Source of the DNA: an uncultured Acidimicrobiia bacterium
Lineage (GTDB): Bacteria; Acidobacteriota; Terriglobia; Versatilivoradales; Versatilivoraceae
NCBI GenBank assembly: GCA_963786955.1
Contig: CAWBAT010000006.1
Location: 832,001 to 896,000, forward strand
Direction: 5' to 3'
DNA length: 64,000 bases
Part shown: piece by piece, positions 28,588 to 38,058 of the stretch
Layout of the letters: every line of letters begins with the position of its first letter
Numbering within the stretch: position 1 is the first letter of the stretch
The notes under the pieces: model-generated
Database searches by the model: none
The model's input: only the letters and a program-made list of their open reading frames with translations
Told to the model about the DNA's origin: nothing
Made by a program: the position numbers and the translations under genes

Positions 28588-29304
28588 TTACTGCTGTTTG
28601 AAAGTGCGTATAAAACTGATTACGGCGTCCACTGATTCGGGTGGCAGAAGATGCTGCACGGTCGGCTGACCGATCCTCACAGGCGGCATGTTACGCTTGC
28701 CGTGCATGATAATGTCCTTTAACTCCTGGTCCGACTTTGCCTGCACGACTACCGAGTTCAGCTTCGGGATATCAGTCTCGTAGAATTTGTCGGCGGCTGG
28801 GTTGCCCTCGCCCTTGGGTCCGTGACACTTCTGGCAGGTTTGCTCATAGATCCGGTTGCCGGGTAGCTTTGTGGATGGACCGCTAACGGTAACTATCACC
28901 GTCTCGTGGGTGTGATCTTTCGAGGTGCTCCCGACCAGCAAATAACCATCCTGATCGCGGAACCACACCTCTGAAAGGAAACGATTATTGGCAACTTTGT
29001 CGAACACAACCCGGGATGGGGTGCTTGAGCTGTCGCGGGCGAGCACGGTTTGGATTTCCAATTGGGTAACCGCGCCGCTCTTGCCGGTGATGACAACCCA
29101 ATTTGATTTTTCCTCGTGAGTGACCGTGTATTGCCCTTTCGGGAAAGTCTTGCCCCCGGCGCTGAACTCGAACTCGGCATTTAAGACTAAAGGTTTGCTT
29201 TTCGACTCCCCAAACAGAGGCGTCACCACCAACATGGCAAAAACCATCATAGCTTTCAACGTTCTGGCTCTCCCTAAAGAGAACGAGTTCAGCAATATCT
29301 TCAT
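28588..29304 (-). CDS. Exported monoheme cytochrome c fused to an N-terminal beta-rich domain
   Basis: Signal peptide; FEFSAGGKTFPKGQY.V domain; CQKCH heme motif; distal Met in NMPP. Confidence 0.85.
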   Translation of the reverse strand: MKILLNSFSLGRARTLKAMMVFAMLVVTPLFGESKSKPLVLNAEFEFSAGGKTFPKGQYTVTHEEKSNWVVITGKSGAVTQLEIQTVLARDSSSTPSRVVFDKVANNRFLSEVWFRDQDGYLLVGSTSKDHTHETVIVTVSGPSTKLPGNRIYEQTCQKCHGPKGEGNPAADKFYETDIPKLNSVVVQAKSDQELKDIIMHGKRNMPPVRIGQPTVQHLLPPESVDAVISFIRTFKQQ

Positions 29305-29351
29305 GTGTATACTCCTCTCTATGATTTCAATTATTCTCTTTATCTGAGTTT

Positions 29352-32300
29352 TCAGAAGATGAACTTGACGCCAAACCGGGCCGAAAATCCAGGATTAAAT
29401 TGGTCATACTGCCCGTATGTTGGGTCGACCGCCCAGTTCTTGGTTGGGTCCAGTGAATTCGGATCTGAACTCAGTGACGGATCTTGTGCGTACTCCGTCT
29501 GAGAAAGCAAAGTACGCCAGTTGTAGCCGTTAAGGAGGTTGACAGGGGTCAAATCAATAGCCGAACTGGAATCACGATATCGGGTAATGATGTTCTGCTG
29601 ATAGCGCGCCGTCTTCTGGTTAAAAATGTTAATGATGTTCATTTCGAAATGCAGTCTCTTCGTTTCGCCCAGTTTGATATCCTGAGCGATTAACAGGTTC
29701 GTATAGTTCAGGAAAGGCGTCCGACCCGCATCGGCACGTCCGTTAACCATGATGGGAATTTGATTCAATTCCTCCACACGAGTCGTAATGGGAGTCCCGC
29801 TGCCTGCATAAAAGACAGGGCCAAGTTGCGTTCCCCACTTGAACTGATACGACCCGTACACTTTTAGAACATGGGGGCGGTCCGTTTCAAGAAGTCCGTA
29901 AAGGTACTGCCCATTGGAATCGAACATGATAAGGTCAGCATCATAATCCCGGTTGGCATTGCCGCCAGGACGAGCCACAAAAGAATAAGGAGTTTGAGAT
30001 GCCGTCCAGGTTATATTGGGGAGCCCTCCATTCACGACTTCATCCGTGCTGCTTAGACCAGCATAGTTCCCCCAAAGTCGGCTGTATGTATAGTTGGCTG
30101 ACAAGAACCAGTTGTTACTAAACCGGCGGGTGAGCGAGAGCTGCAATGCATCATACTCTCGTTTAGGTTGCGGCATGGGGAAATCCGGAGTGGCTCCATA
30201 ATGGTTATCTTCAATGGTAAAGCGGCCCTCGCCGGGATTACCCTCAGTATAGACTTCATTCCCATTAACCAGCCGCCCGATGTCTTCGATGGTCCGACCC
30301 AGTCGGCTGCGAACATAGGCGGCCGAGAACACCAACTGAGGCTTGACTTCCCAATCAAATCCAACCGACGCATTGTCCACATACATCGGCTTGATGCCAG
30401 GATCGAGGGAATCGGGACCAAACTGAGGGACCCGGTGATCCTGATAGGACCCTGGCGTAGATGACCATAAATTCCTCCCTTGCAAATTGTTTAGGCCAAG
30501 GGAAAAAATATCCAGGGTATCGAGGGAGTACCACCACTCCTTCCAGGTGTCTCCACCAAACGCCCCCCGCACTAGCTCATACTTGGTCCAGTCGTAGAAA
30601 CGTCCCCAACTGCCGTATAATTTCATTTTGCCGTTACCCAGCACATCCCAGCTCAGACCCAATCGGGGCGCGAGCTTGGCACCAAATCCAAACGAAAAGG
30701 CGTAATCCTTGACATCCCGATAGAAGGAAGGAACTTTCTCATTTTCCGTGCGCAGTCCCAGGCTCAAAGTCAATCGAGGACGAATCGTCCATTGGTCTTG
30801 AACGAAAAGGTTAAAAATGCCGCCGCCTGCGGAACCCGCTGTGCCGATTTGTCTGACGCGGTAGTATCCATAGGTCCCAGTGCCCGTTTCACCGGTGTAG
30901 GAACTCGTGTAGGAGCGATTCCAGTACATCGCCACGTTATAACCACCCTGATAATTAACATCCATCTTGTTGACTACTCGCTGGTATCCAAAGCCAGCTT
31001 TCAAGTTATGCACCCCACCCATATTGAACGTCTTGCTATAGTCAACTTGTCCGAAGGCGCGGCTTGTCGTGTCGTAGTTTGCCACCTCGGTCAGTGGTAC
31101 ATCGAAAGAGCCAGTGGGTTTTTGTAGTTCCACGGGAATCTCGAAAGGTAGTCCGATTGCCGAAATATTGTAACGGGTCTGGTGCTTGGAAGGGGCATTG
31201 AGGTCTTTGTAATTGTCCCAGAAATAGCCGCCTCGGAGGTTTAGCAAGCTGGTCGGAGATAAGGTGATATCCATTGTCCCCGTAAAATTGTTCTTGGGTA
31301 AAGACCAACCCTGTGCCCGATTAGACTCCAGGGCTGCTGCAGAGTTAACACTGCAATTGTCACAATAACCAGTGAAGGCAGGCAGCAATCCTGTTCTTTT
31401 CGTTGTGGTATAAAGCCAGGCGAAATTGGTAAGGATGCGGGGAGTGATGTTCCAGGAGAGTTTGTTGAAGAGGTTGTAATAATTTGTTTTACTGTAAAAT
31501 ATGCTTGGAGTCGCCCCACTATCAAGCAGAATATCTTGTGTCCGCCGGCCCCATTGGGGGCTAAAGCCAGTGTAAAAATAGAGTTTATTCTTGATGAGAT
31601 ACCCACCCAATTCCCCTCCAACTTCATTGAAGTGATCTTGGATCTTGTTATCTTGGAAGTATTTTGTTTCGAGTTCACCCGCAGGGTCGGTTAATATTCT
31701 AGGGGTTGGCAAGGCATTGAGTGGAGAACCGCTAAAGTACCAATACACATCCCCATGGAACGCATTGCCGCCTGACTTGGTGACTGCGCTGATCACTCCT
31801 CCCAAGGCGCCGCCATATTCGGCTTGTATCCCGGAAGTTTTCACCTGCACTTCCTGCAGAAACTCGTAGACCGCGTCTTGGCGAGAATCGCCATTAATAA
31901 GCCCAGTGGTGGAAATACCATCAATCGTGAAGTTGTTCTCCGCGGCACTGGCCCCATTAATCTGGATGCCGCCTTCAATGACCCCCGAATTGACACCGGG
32001 GGACAGCGAAGCCACATCTTGGAAGGAACGGCCTTTGGGCATGAGGCTGAATTCTTCGGAAGACACGTTGCTTCCCATAGCGATGCTCTGAGTGTCAATC
32101 ACTGGGGCACCTTCTGTAATCAGGACAGTCTGTTCCAGAGTTCCTACTTGAAGGGTAATGTCAATCTTCAAAACCTTGCCGAGGAGCATGATGACATCGG
32201 GAAGCTGATATTTCGAAAATCCTTTCAATTCCCCAGTCACCGTGTAGCGGCCCGGCTCCAGGCTGCGCAGCACATAAAGGCCTTCGCTTGTAGATTCAGT

Positions 32301-32528
32301 CGTCGTGATACGATTCGTAACTTGGTTGGTCGCCGTAATCGATGCTCTCGGCAAGACAGCGCCAGAACTGTCTTTCACAACTCCTTCGATAGTGCCAGTT
32401 TTCTCCTGTCCAAACAGGTTCTGACTTGAAAACAGGACAAAACTTATGATCAATAGAAATGCTAGCGTTAGAATTACAAAATCTTTCCGAATCAAGCACT
32501 CGTTTCTTGCGGAAGCATTGATTCTCAT
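29352..32528 (-). CDS. TonB-dependent receptor with carboxypeptidase-regulatory domain (Oar-like), copy 1
   Basis: G.I.GVVKDSSGAVLP, plug motifs (ENNFTIDG, AEYGGALGGVISAVTKSGGN.FHG), C-terminal RFGVKFIF; AAGGAG RBS favours ATG 32528. Confidence 0.93.
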   Translation of the reverse strand: MRINASARNECLIRKDFVILTLAFLLIISFVLFSSQNLFGQEKTGTIEGVVKDSSGAVLPRASITATNQVTNRITTTESTSEGLYVLRSLEPGRYTVTGELKGFSKYQLPDVIMLLGKVLKIDITLQVGTLEQTVLITEGAPVIDTQSIAMGSNVSSEEFSLMPKGRSFQDVASLSPGVNSGVIEGGIQINGASAAENNFTIDGISTTGLINGDSRQDAVYEFLQEVQVKTSGIQAEYGGALGGVISAVTKSGGNAFHGDVYWYFSGSPLNALPTPRILTDPAGELETKYFQDNKIQDHFNEVGGELGGYLIKNKLYFYTGFSPQWGRRTQDILLDSGATPSIFYSKTNYYNLFNKLSWNITPRILTNFAWLYTTTKRTGLLPAFTGYCDNCSVNSAAALESNRAQGWSLPKNNFTGTMDITLSPTSLLNLRGGYFWDNYKDLNAPSKHQTRYNISAIGLPFEIPVELQKPTGSFDVPLTEVANYDTTSRAFGQVDYSKTFNMGGVHNLKAGFGYQRVVNKMDVNYQGGYNVAMYWNRSYTSSYTGETGTGTYGYYRVRQIGTAGSAGGGIFNLFVQDQWTIRPRLTLSLGLRTENEKVPSFYRDVKDYAFSFGFGAKLAPRLGLSWDVLGNGKMKLYGSWGRFYDWTKYELVRGAFGGDTWKEWWYSLDTLDIFSLGLNNLQGRNLWSSTPGSYQDHRVPQFGPDSLDPGIKPMYVDNASVGFDWEVKPQLVFSAAYVRSRLGRTIEDIGRLVNGNEVYTEGNPGEGRFTIEDNHYGATPDFPMPQPKREYDALQLSLTRRFSNNWFLSANYTYSRLWGNYAGLSSTDEVVNGGLPNITWTASQTPYSFVARPGGNANRDYDADLIMFDSNGQYLYGLLETDRPHVLKVYGSYQFKWGTQLGPVFYAGSGTPITTRVEELNQIPIMVNGRADAGRTPFLNYTNLLIAQDIKLGETKRLHFEMNIINIFNQKTARYQQNIITRYRDSSSAIDLTPVNLLNGYNWRTLLSQTEYAQDPSLSSDPNSLDPTKNWAVDPTYGQYDQFNPGFSARFGVKFIF

Positions 32529-32871
32529 GATTTTCATTCTCCTTTTATCCAAGATAATCGGATTGGAAACATACTTTCAGTGATGGCTAAGATTCCGGAA
32601 AACGAGTTCCAAGAAACAACCATACGGCGTTATTAGAATGAATAAAGAGTTAGGGTCGAGATCTTTTAAGGATGCCCGGGAAATTTCTACTCTCATTAGA
32701 GAGACCCTAAGAATCCAACAATTTCAACAGGTAAGGGGTAATTGTGATCCCGTTTAATCGGGTATTTCTTGGTGTTTCTTATTTTTAAGGTACTTTGAAT
32801 TAGTATCCTGGAGAGATGAAGAAATCCGGGACTATGATGAACTATATAATTCCCAGCTTGTTATAAGACAG

Positions 32872-32888
32872 AGCAAAATATTCGCCAA
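32872..32888 (-). promoter_or_regulatory. Sigma-54 promoter of TBDR copy 1
   Basis: Minus strand TTGGCGAATATTTTGCT (GG-N10-GC); IHF-like TTTCAACTGGTTG at 32916-32928. Confidence 0.7.
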
Positions 32889-32995
32889 ACTAGGGTACTT
32901 TGTTAGGATTAAATGCAACCAGTTGAAAAGACTGATGAATTTCGCTACCTTCAAAACTTTGAGATTTTGTTATCTTGACTAGTTGACTCAATTTT

Positions 32996-33011
32996 ATACA
33001 ATTTTTCGTAT
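32996..33011. promoter_or_regulatory. Palindromic UAS candidate
   Basis: ATACAATTTTTCGTAT, the exact reverse complement of 24605-24620. Confidence 0.7.
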
Positions 33012-33158
33012 GCTTATGTATGAATATACGAGAAATAGGTTCTGTCAGGCATACACTTGGCGTTACTCGAATGAGGTCTGGATTCAGTAGCCTGGAAAGA
33101 TGAAGAGAGTTGGGACCTATGAGATGAGATACTCAAAACCCTAACCCATTGTTAACAC

Positions 33159-33216
33159 TGCAAAACATCTACCAAACTGGTGCTATTGTTTCGGAATTAA
33201 CTGCAACCAGTTGAAA
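33159..33216 (-). promoter_or_regulatory. Second, duplicated sigma-54 promoter/IHF module upstream of TBDR copy 1
   Basis: TTGGTAGATGTTTTGCA plus TTTCAACTGGTTG; about 33090-33390 is a degenerate copy of about 32805-33040. Confidence 0.55.
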
Positions 33217-33480
33217 AGACTGATGAATTTTGTTACGGTCTGGACTTCCTTCTTGGATCTATTTGATCTAATGGGGGAATTCCGCAAATGCCTGAAGGGT
33301 ATATGGCTCAAGGTGCGCCTTCTGGCCCACCGTTTGACTCAATTTTCTATCTTTCCTATGCTTCCGTTAGAATATACAAAAGAAATAGATTCCCGCATCT
33401 TCACTGATTTCATTTCTCTCTGTCCAAGTTTCTTAGATGAATTCGAGACCTTGTGTGCGTTGCGTTTTGACTGTCAATGT

Positions 33481-33552
33481 GGTGGAGCGGGCGCGTGGGA
33501 CCGCTGTCCCCCTGCGCACGCTCATTAACGCGCGACGGAGCCCTTGTTCCAC
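33481..33552. repeat. GGTGGAGCGGGCGC...GTTCCACC REP-like palindrome
   Basis: Same arms at 46519-46573. Confidence 0.65.
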
Positions 33553-33658
33553 CCTCCGTAACTAAGAAGGAGTGAAGACATTCTGATTCACGGTGAGACG
33601 CCGCCATTGTCACATTCCATATTCGGCCTCGTGAAACTCGGCCATCCCGAGATTTGCC

Positions 33659-33762
33659 AATTGGAGGGCGGAACTCTGCGATGCCGTCCAAAGTAGGGGC
33701 GAAGCATTCTGTGACAGGCGGTGAATCTATTTATACGTTGCGAGTGAATGCTTCGCCCCTAC
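33659..33762. repeat. REP-containing block, copy 2
   Basis: Near-identical to 28157-28260. Confidence 0.8.
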
Positions 33763-33833
33763 AAATTCGACGGTGTCAGGATATGATGTAATGCTCAATA
33801 TCTATCAAAAGCTTGGCGCCCAGGGCAACTTTC

Positions 33834-33864
33834 AAAAAAAAGGATGGGCCAGGCGGCCCATCCT
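33834..33864 (-). terminator. Rho-independent terminator of TBDR copy 2
   Basis: Minus strand AGGATGGGCC-GCCT-GGCCCATCCT followed by a T-run. Confidence 0.85.
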
Positions 33865-33894
33865 GTTGATTTCCTACATTGAGTTCCATCCCAG

Positions 33895-36800
33895 CTAGAA
33901 AGTGAACTTCACTCCGATTCGGCCTGTGAAGCCCGGGTTAAAGATCGCCGCCATCCCGTATCTTGGATCCAGCGCCCTTCCAGTTAACCCGTCAGTTGTC
34001 TTGGCAACCAAATCTTGGTAGTTGTAACCATTCGCCAAATTGGTGCTGTCCATGCTGGGCTGCGAAGATGCTCGATTTTGATAATTATAGTCCGGGAATG
34101 TGTATCGATTCGTTTTCTGGTTGAATACATTGATCGCATTGAATTCAAACCGCAGCGTTTTTTGTTCCCCTAACTTAAATTCCTGTGCGATCAGGAAATC
34201 TGTCTGGTTCAGGAAGGGAGTCCGTCCTAAGTCTCCCCGGCCATTCACAAAGAGTGGAATTGTGTTATTTTCCCACATATAGGTCGAAATGGGGGTACCA
34301 CTCCCCCCGTAATAGAAACCGCCAAATTGAAGTCCAAACTTAAATTGGTAAGACCCATAAAGCTTAAAAACGTGGGGACGGTCCGTGGCAAGGCGTCCCT
34401 TTACGTCAAGAGTGCCATGCGAATCCCAGAACAAGTCGTACAAGTCATAGGCCCGGTGATTATTGGCACCCTCACGTGAAACATCACCGCCGAGTTGCTG
34501 AGCGACTGGCGAAGAGAAGCCCAGCGTCGGTGGCCGGATTTCGTCAGAATTGGCCAATCCTGAATAGTTCCCGTAGAGCCTGCTATAGACATAACTGGCA
34601 CTGGCCAACCAGCCATTGCCGAAGCGTCTCGTCAGCGACAATTCCATCGCATCGTAAGTCCTTATGGGTAGTGGAGTCGGAAAAGGGGCGGTTGCGCTTC
34701 CGAAGGTTGGGGTAATAGCAGCTTGGCCTATTCCGGGATTCCCTTCGATATAAGTTTCATCGCCGTTCTTGATCGTCCCGATGTCCTCAATGGTCTGGTT
34801 GAGTTTACTGTGAATATAGTGGCCAGAGAAAACCAAGTTGGGTCTCAACTCCCACTCCAGCCCAGCATTAAACTGATCTTCACTCATGGGCTTGATGCCT
34901 GGGTCAACACCCTCGAAATCAATTACCCTGCGATCACGGTAAGAGCCGGGCACGGAATTCCAAAGGTTTCGACCAGGCAGATTGCCATTGCCCAGCGAGA
35001 AGACATCTGTCGTATCCAGCGAGCGATACTGTATGTGCCAGATGTCTCCACCATAACTAGCGCGGGCCAGTTGATACTTGGTCCAGTCGTAAAGGCGCCC
35101 CCAACTCCCAAAGACCTTCATTTTCCCGTTTCCGAACACATCGAAATTTATCCCGAGCCGCGGCGACATTTTGGAGCCGAAGCCAAATTTAAACGCATAT
35201 TCCTTAATAGCACGATTGAACGACGGCAGTCCTTCATTTTCCGTCCGAATGCCCAGGCTCAGAACGACTCGAGGAGAGACTCTCCACTGGTCCTGGACGT
35301 ACAGGCTGATGACACTGGCGCCGGTCGTGCCACGAGTCCCAAAATCGTCCGATTCGTAGTACCCGTATTTTCCTCGATCCGTGATCCCGGTGTTGCGGCT
35401 CGTGAAACTCCTATTCCAAAAAACATAAACGTAACCCCCACCGGGATAGGTCGTGTCCACATTGTTGACGGTCTTCTGATCACCGACTCCTGCTTTCAGA
35501 TTGTGCGATCCCCATCCGGTGAATGCTTTGCTGTAATCCAAATTGACGTAGGTGCGTGTAACCAGATCGTGGTCCGCTCCCTGAACCCGGGGGGTATTGG
35601 TGTAACCAATACCTCCAACCTGCCCCGGAGGGATTTCACTTTCAAAAGGCGTTCCGATGTTTGAGGTTTGGTACTCCACTGCGCTGATGTTAGGTATTCC
35701 GGTGGCATGGTAATCGTCCCAGAAATACCCACCCCTGATGCTGAGCAACGAGGTGGGGTCAAGAGTAAAATTGAGGTTCCCCGTATAACTCGACTGGGGC
35801 GAATAAAATCCCTGCACCTTATTGGGTGCAAGGGCCTTACTGGTGCTGGTGATCCCATTCCCATAAGATCCATTATTGGCAGGGAGCCTGCCAGTAGAGT
35901 AGATAGGCGTGTAAAGCCAGGCGAAATTGGTTGAGATCCGACTCGTGGGATCATATGAGATCTTGGCAAACGACTGCATGTAGAACTGGTCTTGACTGAA
36001 TGAGTCTGGAACAGTACCATTGCTGGTAAGATAGGGGATGGTTCGTCTTTGCCAACGAGGAGAGGACGCCAGGAAAAAGTACAACTTGTTTTTAATCAGG
36101 TAGCCACCCAGTGAACCGCCAACCTCGTAACCGTTATTATCGCCCTTGTTATCCTGGACATAGTATCCAGGGGGGGGGTTATTAGTATTAACCGGATCAA
36201 GAACCAGCCGGCTGACCGGTCCGGCACTGACTGGGGCCCCGCCGTAGTAAAAGTGCGCGTCCCCGTGAAACGCGTTGCCACCGGACTTAGTCACAGCGCT
36301 GATGACCCCTCCTAAGGCTCCTCCATATTCGGCCTCGATCCCGGCGGTTTTCACTTGGACTTCCTGCAAGATATCGAAAATCGCGTCCTGGCGAGATCTG
36401 CCATTGATACCGCTAGCCGTGGAAATCCCATCAATGGTGAAGCTGTTCTCCGCCCCGCTTGACCCGTTAACCTGGAATCCTCCCTCAATCTGTCCGGAAT
36501 TCACGGAAGGCGAGGTGAGCACCAGACCCTGGAAACTGCGGCCCTTCGGCAGTCGATCAAACTCTTCGGAAGAAACGTTGTGGGCAACTGTTGTGCTCTG
36601 TGTGTCAATCATTGGGGGGTTATCCGAAATCTGGACAGCCTGTTCTAGCGTTCCTACTTGAAGGTTCATGTCAATCTTCAAAGTCTTGCCGAGCAGCATG
36701 ATGACATCGGGGAGTTGATATTTCGAAAACCCTTTCAATTCACCAGCTACCGCGTAGCGGCCAGGCTCTAGGTTACGCAGTACGTAAAGGCCGCTGCCTG

Positions 36801-37038
36801 AGCTTTGAGTAGTGATAACGCGGTTCGTGGCTTTGTTGGTTGCCGTTATTGTAGCTCCCGGCAGGACAGCACCAGAACTATCTTTCACAATTCCTTCGAT
36901 ACTGCTGGTTTGCTCCTGTCCAAGCAGACCTTGACTTGAAAACAGGACAAGACACATGATCACTAGTAATGCCAGCGGCAGGATTCCAAAATCTTTCCGA
37001 ATCAAGCACTCGTTTCTTGCGGAAGCATTGATTCTCAT
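33895..37038 (-). CDS. TonB-dependent receptor with carboxypeptidase-regulatory domain (Oar-like), copy 2
   Basis: Same architecture as copy 1, near-identical N-terminus, C-terminal RIGVKFTF. Confidence 0.93.
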   Translation of the reverse strand: MRINASARNECLIRKDFGILPLALLVIMCLVLFSSQGLLGQEQTSSIEGIVKDSSGAVLPGATITATNKATNRVITTQSSGSGLYVLRNLEPGRYAVAGELKGFSKYQLPDVIMLLGKTLKIDMNLQVGTLEQAVQISDNPPMIDTQSTTVAHNVSSEEFDRLPKGRSFQGLVLTSPSVNSGQIEGGFQVNGSSGAENSFTIDGISTASGINGRSRQDAIFDILQEVQVKTAGIEAEYGGALGGVISAVTKSGGNAFHGDAHFYYGGAPVSAGPVSRLVLDPVNTNNPPPGYYVQDNKGDNNGYEVGGSLGGYLIKNKLYFFLASSPRWQRRTIPYLTSNGTVPDSFSQDQFYMQSFAKISYDPTSRISTNFAWLYTPIYSTGRLPANNGSYGNGITSTSKALAPNKVQGFYSPQSSYTGNLNFTLDPTSLLSIRGGYFWDDYHATGIPNISAVEYQTSNIGTPFESEIPPGQVGGIGYTNTPRVQGADHDLVTRTYVNLDYSKAFTGWGSHNLKAGVGDQKTVNNVDTTYPGGGYVYVFWNRSFTSRNTGITDRGKYGYYESDDFGTRGTTGASVISLYVQDQWRVSPRVVLSLGIRTENEGLPSFNRAIKEYAFKFGFGSKMSPRLGINFDVFGNGKMKVFGSWGRLYDWTKYQLARASYGGDIWHIQYRSLDTTDVFSLGNGNLPGRNLWNSVPGSYRDRRVIDFEGVDPGIKPMSEDQFNAGLEWELRPNLVFSGHYIHSKLNQTIEDIGTIKNGDETYIEGNPGIGQAAITPTFGSATAPFPTPLPIRTYDAMELSLTRRFGNGWLASASYVYSRLYGNYSGLANSDEIRPPTLGFSSPVAQQLGGDVSREGANNHRAYDLYDLFWDSHGTLDVKGRLATDRPHVFKLYGSYQFKFGLQFGGFYYGGSGTPISTYMWENNTIPLFVNGRGDLGRTPFLNQTDFLIAQEFKLGEQKTLRFEFNAINVFNQKTNRYTFPDYNYQNRASSQPSMDSTNLANGYNYQDLVAKTTDGLTGRALDPRYGMAAIFNPGFTGRIGVKFTF

Positions 37039-37379
37039 GATTTTCATTCTCCTTTTATCCAAATAAATGGATTGGAAACATACTTTCAGTAATGGCTAAG
37101 ATTCCGAAAAGCGAGTTCCAAAAAGCAACCATACGTGGCTATTAGAATGAATAAAGAGGTAGAGTCGAGATCTCTTGAGGATGCCCTGTAAATTCTTACT
37201 CTCATTAGAGAGAGCCTAAGAATCCAACAATTTCAACAGGTAAGGGTAATTGTGATCCCGTTTAATCGGGTATTTCTTGGTGTTTCTTATTTTTAAGGTA
37301 CTTAGAATTAGTATCCTGGGAAGATGATGAAATCCGGGACTAGAATGAACCATATAATTCCGGGATCGACATACGACGA

Positions 37380-37396
37380 TGCAAAATATCTACCAA
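37380..37396 (-). promoter_or_regulatory. Sigma-54 promoter of TBDR copy 2
   Basis: Minus strand TTGGTAGATATTTTGCA (GG-N10-GC); IHF-like site at 37424-37436. Confidence 0.7.
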
Positions 37397-37503
37397 ACTA
37401 GGGTACTTTGTTAGGATTAAATGCAACCAGTTGAAAAGACTGATGAATTTCGCTACGGTCAAAACTTTGAGACTTTGTTATCTTGACTAATTGACTCAAT
37501 TTC

Positions 37504-37549
37504 ATACAAATTTTCGTATGATTCGAATAAAAAATACGAAAAAAAATAT
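37504..37549. promoter_or_regulatory. Palindromic UAS candidate plus a weaker second site
   Basis: ATACAAATTTTCGTAT (37504-37519) and ATACGAAAAAAAATAT (37534-37549). Confidence 0.65.
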
Positions 37550-37596
37550 ATTTATTGGATTCTATCTTCTCTGAAAAATAAGGGTTCGTCGCTTAG

Positions 37597-37721
37597 TACT
37601 GCTATTCGGCGTAACGGTGACGTTTCTGAGGTTAGGCGCCGCGTGGGGTCACGCGGCCTACAAAGTTGTAGGCCGGGTCACCGACCCGGCGTTAACGTCA
37701 CCGTATTTATGAATTGCAGTA
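37597..37721. mobile_element. MITE-like element with TACTGC...GCAGTA ends, CTTAG direct repeats and an internal REP doublet
   Basis: CTTAG|TACTGC...TTATGAATTGCAGTA|CTTAG; a degenerate second unit follows at about 37730-37793. Confidence 0.65.
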
Positions 37722-37942
37722 CTTAGGGTTGCTGCGCTCTATAAATACCGTGACGCATCTTAGGATAATTCACCTCATTTATGAAACGCAGTACTTAACC
37801 CTCGACCAGCTTACTCATTCAAACTGTTCAAAAAAAGCGCGATTTTGTTCAGTGATGTTGCTATGATTAAAAATTGGGTGATTTAGAGCATTTTTTGCAG
37901 TGAGTGACTGACACTTAGCACTAACTTGCAGAAGTTCATTCT

Positions 37943-38040
37943 GTAGCAACAGGCCTCCAGGCCTGTTGTGCGGGGCCAGCAGCCTCGGCTACTACTGAGC
38001 CTTGCAACATCGCACGACAGGCGTGAACGCCTGTCGCTAC
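37943..38040. repeat. GTAG-type REP doublet
   Basis: GTAGCAACAGGCCTCCAGGCCTGT...ACAGGCGTGAACGCCTGTCGCTAC. Confidence 0.7.
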
Positions 38041-38058
38041 ATAAGAAAGTGGAATCAC

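Noticed and set aside
33211-33528. 105-aa plus-strand ORF
   Set aside because: It overlaps the duplicated promoter module and a REP, has a TTG start and shows no recognisable motif.
34723-35664. 313-aa antisense ORF, and other long shadow ORFs such as 31824-32429 and 61739-62275
   Set aside because: They lie wholly opposite well-supported genes and show no family motifs.
37915-37941. CIRCE (HrcA) operator
   Set aside because: The left arm TTAGCACTA matches, but the right arm AGTTCATTC does not resemble GAGTGCTAA.
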